Shown in pieces: positions 45,260-59,399 of a DNA stretch of 64,000 nt. The stretch's first letter is position 1. Each line of letters opens with the position of its first letter. The stretch is from Heterodontus francisci (taxonomy: Eukaryota). The notes beneath the pieces were generated by a model. The model searched no databases, was not told where the DNA came from, and worked only from the letters and a program-made list of their open reading frames with translations. The stretch covers positions 23,260,529 to 23,324,528 of the forward strand of contig NC_090399.1 of assembly GCF_036365525.1 (NCBI RefSeq). The letters are read 5' to 3'. The position numbers and the translations under genes are program-made.

Positions 45260-47995
45260 TCATCCTCAGTGCTTTGTTTGACCATTGCAGCTGTCCTTGC
45301 CCTCTTTGAATTCACTGCCTTCCTGCCTCTCTAGACCTCTCCCTCCATATATACTCTCCCACCCATATTGGCTGCCAATCTCCGGATCTTGCCGTCTCTC
45401 CCTTGATCTCAATTGCCTTGACAACACATTTGTATCCCTCACCACCCATAACCCCACCTCAGTCTGTATCCATTCTAGGGAAAAAAAATTCTCTTTCCCC
45501 AAGTCATTTACAACTGTGCTTTGAAAATGCCACTGCCTGATTTTTGGTCTTCCATTCGCCACAAATACTTCTGCACTTGTTGATTTTCGCAACCACTTGC
45601 TCACCTTCAACTTTGATGCTTTATCTCTAGCAAAATCTTTTCTCTCTCTCGTACCAGCCGTTCTTCCTGATGTCACCTCCGTCTTTGTTTCCTCAGTCCA
45701 AGGTGTGCAAACTTGAGTGTATCTGGTGCACAACTGGTATAGCCATCCATCACCAGATCTGAATGAACCACATCAAGCGCCTATCCTACACTAAAACCAG
45801 ACATTACACATTATCACAAAGAATAAAGATAATTCCTCGATTCCTTTTCTCCACTATCAATCGTCTCCTTAAACCCCTCTCCCTTGCCCTCACCCCTCAG
45901 CTTCAGCAGCAAGTGCAAGGAATTCTTTGTCACTTAAGGCTGAGTTTATCCATTCAGATACTTTTGCTGTTTTCCTCCAGCTTTGCCATTTCCCACCATC
46001 CCAATCTCCCTACTGCTCCAATCCTGAACCTGTATCTCTCTCCAGTCTCTTTCCCATGTCCCCTCACGCACTCTCTGAACTCATCTTTGTGATTCACCTT
46101 TAGCTTCCTTGAACCCATTCCTATTCAATAGTTGGTTACTCAACTACTATTCCTGGCCCTCTGCGAGGTGAGGTTGAAAATGGTTTCCCTTCCTCAGGTA
46201 TTGTCCCTCTTCTTTCAAAACTGCCATCATTACCTCCTATTTTTTATCAAAAAAAAAAATACCATATGCCCCTATGTCCTAACAGACTACCAGCCCATAC
46301 TCTCAAATCTCCTTTTCCTCAAAGTCCTTAAATGTATTGTCACCTCTCAAAGCCATATCAGTGGCGCAGTGGTTAGCACCGCAGCCTCACAGCTCCAGCG
46401 ACCTGGGTTCAATTCTGGGTACTGCCTGTGTGGAGTTTGCAAGTTCTCCCTGTGTCTGCGTGGGTTTCCTCCGGGTGCTCCGGTTTCCTCCCACATGCCA
46501 AAGACTTGCAGGTTGATAGGTAAATTGGCCATTATAAATTGCCCCTAGTATAGGTAGGTGGGGATGTAGTAGGAATATGGAATTAATGTAGGATTAGTAT
46601 AAATGGGTGGTTGATGGTCGGCACAGACTCAGTGGGCCGAAGGGCCTGTTTCAGTGCTGTATCTCTAAATAAATAAATAAAAATAAATATCCATCTTTTG
46701 CACAACTCAACCTTTGAGTCCCTCCAATCAGGTTTAGTCCTTGCCATCACACTGAAATGGCCCTGACTAAAGTCACAAATGATGTCCTCTGTGACTGTGA
46801 TCATGGTGCCTTATCCATCCTCCACCTTTTCTCAGCCTTGGACGTGGTCGACCGAACCATCCTGCTCCAGTGCCTCTCCTCTCTTGTCCAGCTCAGTGGG
46901 GTTAATCTTGCTTGGTTCCACTCTTGCATATCAAACCATAGCCAGATCTCTGCATATCTCATATCTCCAGCAATGGCCCCTCTTCTCACCCCTACACCAT
47001 CAGCTCCGGAGTCCCCTAAAGATCTAACCTTGCCCCCTCCTCTCTCATTTGCATATTGCCCCTTGGTGACATCATCCAAAGGCATCGGGTCACTTTCCAC
47101 TTTTGCTGCCTCTTAACCATCTCATTGAGGCCCTCCACTCCCTGTGTTGCCAGACTGTTTATTCAATATTGGTCTTGGATGAGCTGTGATTTCCTCCAGT
47201 TAAACAAGGGTAAGACCAAAACCATTACTTTCAGTCACCACCACAAACTCCGTACACTTGTTACTGATTTTATTCCTCTTTTCAGCCACTCTCAGGCTGC
47301 AACGGACTGTTTGCAAATATCACATCCTATTTGACCCTGTTCTGTCCATCACACAGACAAATTATCCATCTTGCCTTGGCTCATCCACTGCTGTAAATCT
47401 CATCTATTCCTTTGTCACTTTTGGACCTGACTGTTCTAATGCTGTCCTGGCAGCGTCTCATCACTTCCCCCCGCCCCTCAATAGAGTCAAATCCACTCTC
47501 TGTCGAGTTTAAATCATCTGGAACTCTGGTGCCCTTATTCCAAACTGCACCAAGTCCCATTCACCCGTTATCCTGGTCCTTACTGACCTATGTTGGCTCC
47601 CAGTCCCACAAACAACTCAAATTTAATATTCTCAAAACTTCTTTTTAATTCCCTTCAGAACTTCACCCTGCTTTACATCTGTAAACTCCTCCAGACCTAT
47701 AAACCACCTCCCCAACTTCCAGGACTCTCCATTCTCTGACTCTGGCATCATGTGCAGCTCTTCATCCCATCATTGGCCAATGCCCCAATCTCCAGAATTG
47801 CCTCCCTGAACCCCTCGCACTCTCCAACTCCCTCTGCTAGCTAAAGACCCTCCTTGAAGTCCAGCACTTGAAGGAAGCTTCTGGTTAATATCTTCCTTTG
47901 CCGCGGTGTCTTTTCCTTACGCCTCTGTGAAGTGCTTTTGGATGTTTTCTTCTACATTAAAGGGACTATATCAATGAAAGTTGCTGCTTGTTGTT
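45260..47995 (+). mobile_element. Degenerate L2-clade LINE
   Basis: QSGF..HHTEMALTKVTNDVL..SALDVVDRTILL, LQLNKGKTK; L2-type tail TGTGAAGTGCTTTTGGATG..TATATCAATGAAAGTTG. Confidence 0.7.
46359..46688 (+). mobile_element. HE1-like V-SINE inserted in the L2
   Basis: Full head with A/B boxes, V domain, CR1-type tail with (TAAA)n. Confidence 0.88.
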
Positions 47996-48089
47996 ATGTT
48001 GGTAACGAAGAGGATAACTGGGCACATCAAAAAATAAAGGAGAGGTTAGCAAAAATATTTTTAATGTAGATGGTTATCAAGACACAGAA

Positions 48090-48685
48090 TTAGAGCAATT
48101 ATATAAAGCCTTGGGGAGACCACATCTGGAGTATTGTGCACAGTTTTGCTTTCCTTACCTAAGGAAAGATATACTTGTCATGGAGGGAGTGCAACAAAGG
48201 TTCATCAAACTGATCCCTGGGATGGAGGGATTGCCCTATGAGGAAAGATTAGATAGACTGGCCTTTATTCTCTGGAGTTTAGAAGAATAAGAGGTGATCT
48301 CATTCAAACATACAAAACTCTTACAGGGCTCGACAGGGTTGTTGCAGGAAGGATGTTTCCCCTGGCTCGGGAGTCTAGAACCAGAGAGCACTGTTTCAGA
48401 TAAGGGGCAAACCATTTCGGACTGAAATTAGGAGGAATTTCTTCACTCGGAGGGTGGTGAATCTTTGGAACCTTATTCCCTCGCCTCCCCCCACCCCCCC
48501 CCCCCCCCCAAGGCTGAGGAAGCTCAGTCGTTGAGTATGTTCAAGACTGAGATAGATAGATTTCTGATTTTTTTTTTAAATCAAGGGATAGAGCAGGAAA
48601 ATGGTGTTGAAGTAGAAGATCAGTCATGATCTCATTGAACGACGAAGCAGACTCGAAGGGCTGAATGGCCTACTCCTATTTCTTA
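48090..48685 (+). mobile_element. CR1 3' fragment
   Basis: RPHLEYCAQF...FFTRRVVNLWN; tail GAAGGGCTGAATGGCCTACTCC. Confidence 0.8.
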
Positions 48686-49357
48686 AACAATGGTGAAAGA
48701 ATCCACAATAGCTTTTAAAAGGGAAGTGGGTAAATATTTGAAAAAGATAAGAAAGGAAGAAAAGACTTGCATTTATATAACGCGTTTTACCACCTTAGGT
48801 TGTCCGAACATATTTTGCAGACACTTAAGTACTTTTGAAATGTAGTTGCTGTTGGGAAATGTGGCTGCTAATTTGAACAGAACAAGATCCCGCAAACAAC
48901 CATGTGATAAATGACCAAATAATCGACATTTTAAATATACTGGTTGAGGGAGAAATATTGCCCAGGACACTGGAGAGAACTCCCCTGCTTTTCTTCAGAG
49001 TTATGCCATGGATCTTTTGCGTCCATGTGAGAGGGCAGGCAGGCCCTTGGTTTAACGTGTCGTTTGAAAGACGATGTTTGACAAATCAGTACTCCTTCAG
49101 TACTGCAGTGGAATGCTGATCAAAAATTAAGAGGGTACAGAGAGAGACACTAAGTGGATAGCTCTTTCAGACAACCAGTGTATTGGGTCAAGAAGCCTCA
49201 TTCTGTGCTGTAAAAGTCTACTGAGTGTTAATTAGCTTCTACTGCACGACCCTTATTGATACATTCATTTATATACTCTGGACAATTTATTTGATTCTTG
49301 CTAGTAATTGTCAAATGTGGAGATTATAACCTAGTTTTTTTTTTTGCTTTTCTTTAG

Positions 49358-49380
49358 GACATTAAACTGCTGCTGGACAG
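49358..49380 (+). CDS. TRIM-B exon 4 (23 bp)
   Basis: T-tract TTTAG|GACATTAAACTGCTGCTGGACAG|GTGAGT = DIKLLLD(R); micro-exon typical of PRY/SPRY TRIMs. Confidence 0.9.
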
Positions 49381-50274
49381 GTGAGTGAGTGCCTTAAGTT
49401 CTTTCTGATCGTATGCTCCTGAGTTCCCACTAGTAGCCCCACTGGATATATTCATAGCCCTGAGCCCCGCATGCTACGAAGCTCCCAGCTTCGATACCCA
49501 ATCTGTGACGATTTAATTTGTATTGTCTGGGGTCGTGGCCCCAATTTCATGGTTGATCTGAGCGCCTGTGGAATTGGGAGGGGATCGGTCACTACCCAGT
49601 AACTCTGACTAGCAAGCACACTTGATGTCAGTCATGGCTCAGTTGGTGCTCTCGCTTCCCAGTCAACCCCCACTCCAGAGACTTGAGCACAAAATCCAGA
49701 CTGGCACTCCAATGCAGAACTGAGGGAGCACTGCACTGTCAGATACCAGCCTTCCGATAAGATGCTAAACTGAGGCTCCATCTGCCCTCTCGGGTGAACG
49801 TAGAAGATTCCATGGCACTACTTCAAAGAACAGAGGACTTCGCCAAGATATATCCCTCAATTGACACCTAAGAACAGATTATCTGGTCATTATCACATTG
49901 TGGAGCCTTGTACAAATTTAATTCCTATGTTTCCAATGTTACATCAGTAACTGGATTTCAAAAAAAAAAATTAGCTGTGAAGTGTTTTAGAACATGTCCT
50001 GTGATAGTGAAAGGCGTTAATTCTTTCGCGAACTGCAAACAGTCTCTGGCTTGGTCTGATACTCCTAGCCAAATGCTCTGCCAACATTTCACTGTCTAAA
50101 GCTCGCATAGGAAGAGTAACCACTTGGGAATGATGCTCAGAAGATGCCCATCCCTGGGGAAGCGTATCTCAGCAAGAGTCCTCGGCTTCAGGAAAGGAGA
50201 AATTTGGGGGATTTTGTTTCTGTAAAGCATTAATTTGTCACCCTTACCTCTGACACTCCAGTTCTCCATTCCAG

Positions 50275-50390
50275 GTGCAAACAGGGACACCTCAAACCAG
50301 TGGACGTTCCCGCTGAGCTGTGTACCGACTCCATCATCACGCCTTTCCGCTACGTTAAAATCTGGGACGAGCTTAAAGCATTTGTGCCAG
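50275..50390 (+). CDS. TRIM-B exon 5 (116 bp linker)
   Basis: TTCCAG|G CKQGHLKPVDVPAELC...VKIWDELKAFVP G|GTACGT; phases fit exons 4 and 6. Confidence 0.88.
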
Positions 50391-50856
50391 GTACGTGATC
50401 AGGGTTTGCAGGGTTTGAGCTGTAACTGAATCGGCTACGCAGCGGTTATAGTGGCCTGTGCTCGGTTGGCCCCTGTTTCAGAGGGTTGTGGGTTCAAGTC
50501 ACTCCAGAGACAAAATCTGGGATGGCATTGCAGTGCAGTACTGAGGGAGTGCTGCATTGTTGGAGCTGCTGTCTTTCGGATGAGGCGTTAAACTGAGGCC
50601 CCGCCTGCCCTTCCATGTGACCTCATGCCTGTATTTTAAAGAAGAGCAGAGAGTTGTACCCAGTGTCCTGTCCAGTATTCATCCCTTAATCATGACTAAA
50701 AAAGCAGAATATCTGGTCATTATCACACTGCTGTTTACAGGAGTTTGCTGTGTAAATATTGGCTGGTGAGTTTCCCAGTGTCATACATATTAAGGGAGTG
50801 AGCTCTGTAGCAATGAATGGACAGTCTGCATCTCTAATAGAATGTGTGTCTTCTAG

Positions 50857-51401
50857 CCAAGGAGTTTCTGAAACTGGACCCAAAGACAGCACACCCTAGA
50901 CTCATCCTGTCTGAGGACCTCGTCAGTGTGATTGATGGCGACAAACGTCGGGAGTGCTCAGCCATGCCCCATCGCTTCAACTACTGGCTCTGCGTTCTGG
51001 CCAGCAGCAGCTTCCTGTCGGGGCAACACTACTGGGACGTGGAGCTGGGCAGCAACACGGCGTGCGTCATCGGTGTGGCCAGCGGATCTGCCGACCGGCT
51101 AACAACCAGACAGCTGACGCCACAGGACGGCTACTGGGTAATCGAGCTGCTCAACGGGAACCTGGTCAACATCAACACACCCGGTGCCAGGATCCTCCCT
51201 CTCCGTCGCAAACCTCGTTCCATCCGTGTCTACCTGAATTACGAGGGGGGGCAGGTGTCCTTTTATGACGCCGATGACCTGTGTCCTATTTACACCCTGC
51301 GGGATAAGTTCAAAGAGAAGCTGTATCCCCTCTTCAACCCTCACAACAAAAAGGAAGGGAATTCCGAGCCACTGAGGCTGTGCAATCCGATGGGATGCTA
51401 A
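50857..51401 (+). CDS. TRIM-B exon 6 (PRY/SPRY, B30.2); spliced CDS 1428 bp = 475 aa
   Basis: LKLDPKTAHPRLILSED, HYWDVEL, GYWVI, RVYLNYEGGQVSFYD, KLYPLFNP, TAA. Confidence 0.95.
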
Positions 51402-53294
51402 GATTAATTTGACCCTGGCAAGTTGGGGGCGGGGGGGGGTTAGAAATTGTGATGATCCTTCTTATAACACTCTGGCAAATAAATGAGCCCCTGTCCGTAT
51501 TTTTCAATCATCTTTTGTTGCCAGATATTAAACATTAAAGGTGCTGCTTGGAATGAGCTGGATTTTCACTTTGGTGTTCCTGGTTCCGGTCGGGAACTCG
51601 CATTAGTCAAATCTGCACTGTCAGTCTGTTACCTTCCCATCACTAAATTTAAAGGGGGTAATACCACAGGCTGGGTCAGGAGGAGCAGGGGTTGCTGAAT
51701 GTCCCCTTCAGCATCAGGAGCACGGAGGTGGGAAATCTCAGTCACTATGTAATATGGTGATTTTCAAACCGGTCCACTTCGGCTGGGAGGTTGAGGGATC
51801 TGCAAAGAAACAACACGAGATCTGGATCCCTCTGTGCTTGCGGAGTCCAGAGTTGGTGCTGTGTTTCTGTCATGAGAAGTTTTCCACAGTGCGCACATTG
51901 GTGTAGAGACTATACCTCCTACTACCCCTCTCCGCGATTCCATGAGTGGAATTGGTGATCCGTGATGGTGTCGGGATTCCCCGAGCATGGGCAGAAATCC
52001 AGATTTCACCTGACCTCACAGTCCCCAGTCTGAAAACCGCCACTGCGTACAAGAGGAGGGATGGGATACTTTGGTGAGGCCCTATGTCACGAGCTGGGGT
52101 GTAAGCAGCCCCTGATTTTTCACCCACTGACATTGAGGGCAAACCACATGAATTGATAAACCATCCACAAAGTTGTGGTACAAATGGGAGCCTTGGAGCA
52201 GGACCCCCTCCCCTTCACTTCCACCCCCCACCCTATCCCCAGCTCCCATGGGCCATCTCTTGAGCTCCACCTAAGGTGAAGCTTTAAAGCATTAAGCCGA
52301 TAACAGAAGTCGAGATATTCCGGAAAGATGTTACCTTGATGTATGAAGCAGTGTTTCCCCAGGTTACCTAGCAGGCTGCAGGCAGCAATAGGGAGAGCTC
52401 AGCGCTCACTTTAACTAAATGGGTTGAATTTGACTCGAAACAGCTGAAAACAATTCACCCATTCACTCTACTAAACTTCAGTGATGAATTTATGGCTGTC
52501 GGAGTCGTGTACACTAGCAAAACAATGACTGTAATTAATAATCTAATATATATCTTGATCACTTTGCAATAGTTTTTCTCCCGTCCACTCTTGTAGAAAA
52601 AAAACTTTTTGCAGTTTATCCTCAGTGAGAATAAACGATAGGCCATGAGGGAATTACTGGGTGACCTTTGACCTCTGGGATCTGTGTTTTAATCGAGGGC
52701 AAGCGGATGGCATGAAGGCCATTTCAGCCCATTTGCCCAAAGTTTTGTGCAGCGAGCAGACCTGATCGACCTACCGTTAGGTAATGGGCCTATATCATTA
52801 AACTGCAGCTTACAGGTCACAGAATGACTCACTCGTGTGGGTAACGAGGAAGAGGAGAGTGACACCATTACTGCTTTCCTGAGGTTTAAGGTAAGGTGCA
52901 TTGTCAAGTTTTGCCCAATATATAATTTTGCTGTATGTGATACATGGCTGAGTACAGGAAATGGGGAGAGTGTTCTATTCCCCAATACTGATATCCCGCG
53001 TCTTAATGAGGATGGGGAAAAAGAATGATCAAAATCTTCTGTGACTACATAGTACGTTTCTGGAAGTCTTTGTCAGTGCCCATTGATGAAATTTGAGTCA
53101 GAAGTTACAGCACAAACTGAGGTTCAGTTTTTTTTGATAGATCATTATCTATCGGTTAGTCCCAAACACTCGAGTTCGGGAGGGGGAGGTGGGGTGTGCT
53201 AGAATATTGATTGTACGTAAGAAATTTGAAGTTGTTGAAGTTTTGGTCAGCACTGGAAATTTGACCAGACATTGCTTTTGCAAAGTATTCAAAA

Positions 53295-53300
53295 AATAAA
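53295..53300 (+). terminator. Candidate TRIM-B polyadenylation signal (alternatives at 51478 and 54942)
   Basis: AATAAA followed by a GT-rich tract. Confidence 0.35.
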
Positions 53301-53464
53301 TTTGTCTCAAGTTAAGCTGCTTGTGTGTTTAATACTTCTGTTACTGCTGGTGGTTAAATAGAAGAAATAGGAATTCTGTTTGCACAAGATACATCAAAAG
53401 GAGAAAATTTCAACTGATGTTTGTTATCCTATTGAGTGAATATTGTTTTGAGCTGCGCACCTGT

Positions 53465-53808
53465 TATTTTATTTTTTATTTATTTCGAGATACAGCACTG
53501 AAACAGGCCCTTTGGCCCACCGAGTCTGTGCCGACCATCAACCACCCATTTATACTAATCCTACATTAATCCCATATTCCTACCCCATCCCCACCTTCCC
53601 TCAATTCCCCTACCACCTACCTATACCAGGGACAATTTATAATGGCCAATTTGCCTATCAACCTGCAAGTCTTTGGCTGTGGGAGGAAACTGGAGCACCC
53701 GGCGAAAACCCACGCGGTCACAGGGAGAACTTGCAAACTCCGCACAGGCAGTACCCAGAATCGAACCCGGGTCGCTGAGGCTGTGGTGCTAACCACGGCG
53801 CCGCAGTG
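53465..53808 (-). mobile_element. HE1-like V-SINE
   Basis: Same structure as 18520-18861. Confidence 0.85.
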
Positions 53809-55914
53809 TCGGAGAAAAAGGAGGAACAACTTGCATTTACAGAATTCCTTTCACAACTTCAGTGCATCCTAAAATACTTTATACCCAATGAAGTACCTTT
53901 GAATTGCAGTCAAAGGCAGCCCTTTGACACGAGCTCTTTCTTCCTCATACTCTCTCCTAACCCAGTTACAATTTTGTTCCTTGTGGGAATGTTGTTCTGT
54001 TTTATCCCCCTTTTCCTGAGGTATTCCCTTCACCCATCTTCCCGAACAAAGCCTCTTTATATAACCAGGTCCAAGGAGATGACTCAGTAAGCCGCAGGAT
54101 AACTCCCACTTATTTATATCCCCAAACTCCACAGAAAGGCCTGACCTCTACTTGGGGCATCACCATAACAATGTGGTTAGTGGGCACTGGGTGCCAACCT
54201 ATACTATACCATTCTGTACCAAAAGCCACTACACTGTCTCCTCCATGTGTAGGTAGTTACATTGGATGATATAAGCAAGACCCTACATGAACCTGAGTCT
54301 CGATTGCAAAACAATCAGAAACGATTTCATTTTTCCCCTTAGAGGTTTAACGGGGGGAGTTATTGGGTCGACTTGGGTCCTTAATTGTTCCATTCTGCTT
54401 TAAAGCTGCTCAGCTGGATGAACCTACCAGTTTTGGGGCATAAAGTTTGTGCTACAAACTTCACAAAACAGTATTTATGTTTTTCTCCCTGCAGTATAAA
54501 AAATGTTGATCATAGCAATGGGTGCGAAAAGGCTGAAGGCATCGTATCACGGAAGAATGGCATGGCCAGACTCTGGACTGGGCAGCTACATGTCCCTTTA
54601 AAGCAGCTTTCATTGTAATCAGTTCAATGCCAATATTTTGTTTAGAATGAAGTGGCACAAACATACCTCAGAAAGACTGACGAGAGGAATACTTTGTTTG
54701 TGAAGTGCTTTGGCACGTTTTACTCCATTATAGGTGCTCTCTGAATGCAAGTTGTTATGCTTAGTAGACACTGCAGATTGATATTGGGTGGGGCAAACTG
54801 AGGAAGCTTGATAGAGACTTTTTAACAGTGATGCGAGGAAAAAATTGAAACGCATGATGAGCAAATGTGCTATCTCACCTTGTATTGTAATAAATGCATC
54901 ATGAATGTTTGCTCGTTGCAGTTTTGAAGGATTTTATGTTAAATAAAGTTTTTCCATTGAATGCATTGTAAGGTTTCCCTCTGCTTCTGTTCATGTCAGC
55001 ATTATGGATGCCACTCCAAGACTCTCACTTTGCTCCCACTTTTCAGCTTTTTCTGGAAACTGATCTGCTTTCTCCTCTTCATCCCATTTGGCCATGCCAC
55101 TTTTTAATCCATTTCTCGGTGCCATTGCTCCCTTTAGCCTTTCTCCAAGATGACGCTATCCCTCAGCCTTTCCGCCTTCTATTGTCAAGCTGAAGACCCT
55201 CAGGATCAAGCCCTCAATCTGTATCTATGACCCTCTTTGCATCTTTTCATTATGGTCATCGCAGCATCTCATTACTGGCCCTTCCACAGCAGGAACGCCA
55301 AGTATGCCCTCCATTGCTTTTGGCGACAGTCTTGTGCTCGGGGGTTATATTTGCTCTCCTCTTCCCTGACTTGCTTATCTCTTTCATTGCCCCACACCTA
55401 ACTCCTGCCAGAAAATTATCAATAAATCCCTACTATATTGGTCTCCAATTTATGAATAATGCTGTACTGGGAGAATATGTCAACATACTGGCACTGACAA
55501 AAACATGACTTATGGTGAGCCTAAGAAGGGTTTTGATAGAATGAATAAGGAGAAACTGTTTCCACTGCGGGTGTGTTGATTAACAAGATACGGGCTTTAC
55601 ATGGTCCTGGCACGGTTCCAAGTTGATGACTGCATCAAGGCGTTGGTAGGGAGTCTCCAATATGAAATACATTGAGATACTGCCGCTGCTGTGTCAGCTG
55701 TAATACCCAAGGAAGAGCTTGCTCAGCTCAGGCAAGTTATTTTATAGGACGTAAAGAAGAGGCTTTCCTCTTAAAAATACAGATATTCTGGTTGGGACGC
55801 AGAAAAGTGTACAGTAATTCGTGCTCACGATTGTAACTGATTAACAAGAGTATCCTTGGGGTTGATTTTACGAAGAAGAATCATTGATCTTACTAACTGT
55901 GTTGCATGTCCACT

Positions 55915-56295
55915 GTTGCTCAGCCGGCAGCGCACTCACTTCTGAGTAAGATCATCATTGGTTCAAGTCCCATTTCAGAGACTTGAGGCCAAAAATCTAG
56001 GCTCATACTCTAGTGCAGTACTGAGGAAGTGCTGCACTGACTGAGGTGCCATCTTTCAGATGGGGAATTAAACCGAGGCTCCACCTGCCCTCTCAGGTGG
56101 ATGTAAAAGATCCTGTGGCACTATTTCAAAGAGCAGCAGGGGAAGCCTCCCTGGTATCCTGGTCAATCTTTACCCCTTAACTAACATCGCAAAAATAGAT
56201 TATCTGGTCAATTTAAGATTGCTGTTTGTGGGAGCTTGCTGTGTACAAATTGGCTGCTGTGTTTCCTACTCTGCAACAGTGATTAAACTTCAGAA
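55915..56295 (+). mobile_element. DeuSINE copy (others at 48770-49120, 49625-50015, 50480-50790, 57230-57400)
   Basis: CAGTACTGAGGAAGTGCTGCAC..AAACCGAGG..CTCTCAGGTGGATGTAAAAGATCC. Confidence 0.7.
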
Positions 56296-56479
56296 AAGGC
56301 TAGCATTGATGTAATGCCTTGTACAACCTCAAGCCAGTTAAGTACTTTTGAAGTGTAGTTCACAATGGTAATGTAGGAAATATGACAACCAATTTTTACA
56401 AGCAAAGTCCCACAAAGAGATAAATGATCAGATAATCTGTGTCTACTGATGTCTTCAAAATAGTGTCATGGGATCTTTT

Positions 56480-57225
56480 ACAGCCATTGAAGGTGGAAGG
56501 GCAGGTTGAGAGAGAAGTTAATAGAGCATGCAGCATCCTCGGCTTCATTAATAGGGTTATAGAGTGGTCGGCACAGACTCAGTGGGCCGATGGGCCTGTT
56601 TCAGTGCTGTATCTCTAAATAAAATTTTTTTTTAAATAAATAAAGATTAAAAAAAGCAAGGAAGTTATGTTAAACTTGTAGAGAATGCTAGTTTGGTCTC
56701 AACTGGAGTATTATTTCCAATCTGGGTGCCACACTTAGGAAAGCTGTGAAGGCATTGGAGAGAGTGAAGAAAATGTTCACAAGAATGACTCCAGAAATGA
56801 GGAACTTGAGTTACGTGAATAGATTGGAGAAGTTGGGACTGTTTACTTTGAAGAAGAGAAGGTTGAGGTGATTTGATAGACGCATTCAAAATCATGAGGG
56901 GTCTGGACAGGGTAGATAGGGAAAAACTTTCCATTAGTGGAGGGATTGATAACAAGAGGGCACAGGTTTAAGGTAATTGGCAAAAGAAGCAATGGGGAGA
57001 TGAGGAAAAACTTTTTCATGCAGTGTGATTAGGATCTTAGACTGCACTGGTAGAGGCGGGTTTAATCGAGGCATTCAGGAGGGAATTGGATTGTTGCCTG
57101 AAAAGGGAGAATGTGCAGGTTATGGGGAGAAGGCCAGGGAGTGGCACTTGGTAAACTGCTCTTTCAGAGTCGGCACAGACACAACGGACTGAATGGCCTC
57201 CTGTTGTGCTGTAATGATTTTGTGG
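56480..57225 (+). mobile_element. CR1 3' fragment with an inserted SINE tail (56565-56625)
   Basis: LEYYFQ...ALERV..MFTRM; CR1 tail. Confidence 0.7.
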
Positions 57226-57679
57226 ATTCATCCGAGAGGTTAGATGGTTAACAGCTCATCTTAAAGATAGCACCTCGACAGTGCAGCTGTCCTTCCGAAG
57301 GATGTTGGAGTGTCAGCCTGGATTTAGTGCTTAAGTCTCTGGAGTGGCAATATCAAGCCACAACCTTCTGATTCAGAGATGAAACTGCTACCCACTGAGC
57401 CATGCGGGAACTTTAGATCAATAAATGTGTTGAAATCTCTGATCCTGACCCACCGGCTCAGAGACAATAACCTGAGTCGAGAGAGGCAGTTCCACATCTA
57501 CTGTAGACGATCGAGTCTCTCGCAGACCAAAGATTGGCCCAGACCCATGTGTCCCAAACCAGTGCACCCATCAGTATGGAAACCTTGTAAAGTGAACAAG
57601 GCAACCCTGATCTGTGCCCCGATAGTGTCATCAGCCCTTATTTATTTCAAAAAGTAGCAGTTTTAAGTTTATTCCTTTT

Positions 57680-58745
57680 TTTTCCTCCTTTTCCTTTGGC
57701 CTCCTTGTCCCGAGAAACAATGGGTAAGCACCTGGAGGTGGTCAGTGGTTTGTGAAGCAGCGCCTGGAGTGGCTATAAAGGCCAATTCTAGAGTGACAGG
57801 CTCTCCCCTTGCACTTCTGTCTTTTTTCCTGCTAACTGCCAAGTCTCTTCAACTCGCCACAATTTGGCCCCGCCTTTATGGCTGCACGCCAGCTCTGGCG
57901 ATCGCTGGCAACTGACTCCCAAGACTTGTGATCAATGTCACAGGACTTTATGTCGCGCTTGCAGACGTCTTTAAAGTGGAGACATGGACGGCCGGTGGGT
58001 CTGATACCAGTGACAAGCTCACTGTGCAATGTGTCCTTGGGGATCCTGCCATCTTCCATGCGGCTCACATGGCCAAGCCATCTCAAGCGCCACTGGCTCA
58101 GTAGGGTGTATATGCTGGGAATGTTGGCCGCCTCGAGGACTTCTGTGTTGGAGATACGGTCCTGCCACCTGATGCCAAGGATTCTCCGGAGGCAGCGAAG
58201 ATGGAATGAATTGAGATGTCGCTCTTGGCTGACGTACGTTGTCCAGGCCTCGCTGCCGTAGAGCAAGGTACGGAGGACACCGGTTTGATACACTCGGACT
58301 TTTGTGTTCCGTGTCAGTGTGCCATTTTCCCACACTCTCTTGGCCAGTCTGGACATAGCAGTGGAAGCCTTTCCCATGTGCTTATTGATTTCTGCATCGA
58401 GAGGCAGGTTACTGGCGATAGTTGAGCCTAGGTAGGTGAACTCTTAAATCACTTCCAGAGCGTGGTCGCCGATATTGATGGATGGAGCATTTCTGACATC
58501 CTACCCATGGTGTTCGTTTTCTTGAGGCTGATGGTTAGGCCAAATTCATTGCAGGCAGCCGCAATTCTGTCAATGAGTTTCTGCTGACACTCTTCTGTGT
58601 GAGATGTTAATGCAGCATCGTCAGCAAAGAGGAGTTCCCTGAAGAGGACTTTCCATACTTTGGTCTTCGATCTTAGATGGGCAAGCTTGAACAACCTGCC
58701 ATCTGATCTTGTGTGGAGGAAAATTCCTTCTTCTGAAGACTTGAA
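57680..58745 (-). mobile_element. RTE-clade LINE 3' part
   Basis: LLFADDAAL, FGLTISLKKT, LLYGSEAWT, RLRWLGHVSRMEDGRIPKD. Confidence 0.88.
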
Positions 58746-59399
58746 GTTTATTCCACCTTGAGCATATCTAGCAGTCATTTCTCCTGATAGGGGAGAGCCA
58801 GTATAAGTTGTCTTTAAGTGTGAAGGGTGACTGTATACTTGGACGTACTTACAATTACCACAAGGGCTTCCTACTTCTCTGGTGAGTTTCACCACTACAT
58901 AGGACATTGGAGGAGTTTTCATTGCCCAGAAATGTGTTTCAATATGTGAATAATATTGGTCTGACAACAAAGGCCAAACAGCAGAGCTCTCCTGTGCCTT
59001 TAATGAAAAGTCAGTTTAAAGTTTAACCCAAATCCAAACCCAGCCAATGAAACTTCAAGTCTCTTTAAGGTGGTGTTCTTTTGAAAGGAGGGAATTCTGA
59101 TCAGCAAAAAGTGGAGGTACTTTGTCCAATCTCACTGCTGGCATCTGTAAATACCGTGAGGTCCTCCATGGGTTTGGTAAGCTATCAGTGGGCTTTCATC
59201 CTGCACTTCACTGTAACCACTGCCCCACCCTGGTATCAGCTCCTCAGAAATGAAGTTGGGGTGAGAGGGAAACCAAATCTGTGGAAGGGCTGAAGCACTG
59301 CCCTTGAGGCACCCATCCCAATTGGCTGCAAGCCAAACAGCTTTTGCCTCCATCCTGACTCAGGAAGGGCAAATAAAGCAGTTCGATGGAGTCCTGCTT

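Noticed and set aside
46359-46430. tRNA genes (also 39575-39650 and other SINE heads)
   Set aside because: A/B boxes continue into SINE bodies and LINE-derived tails; no complete cloverleaf recognised
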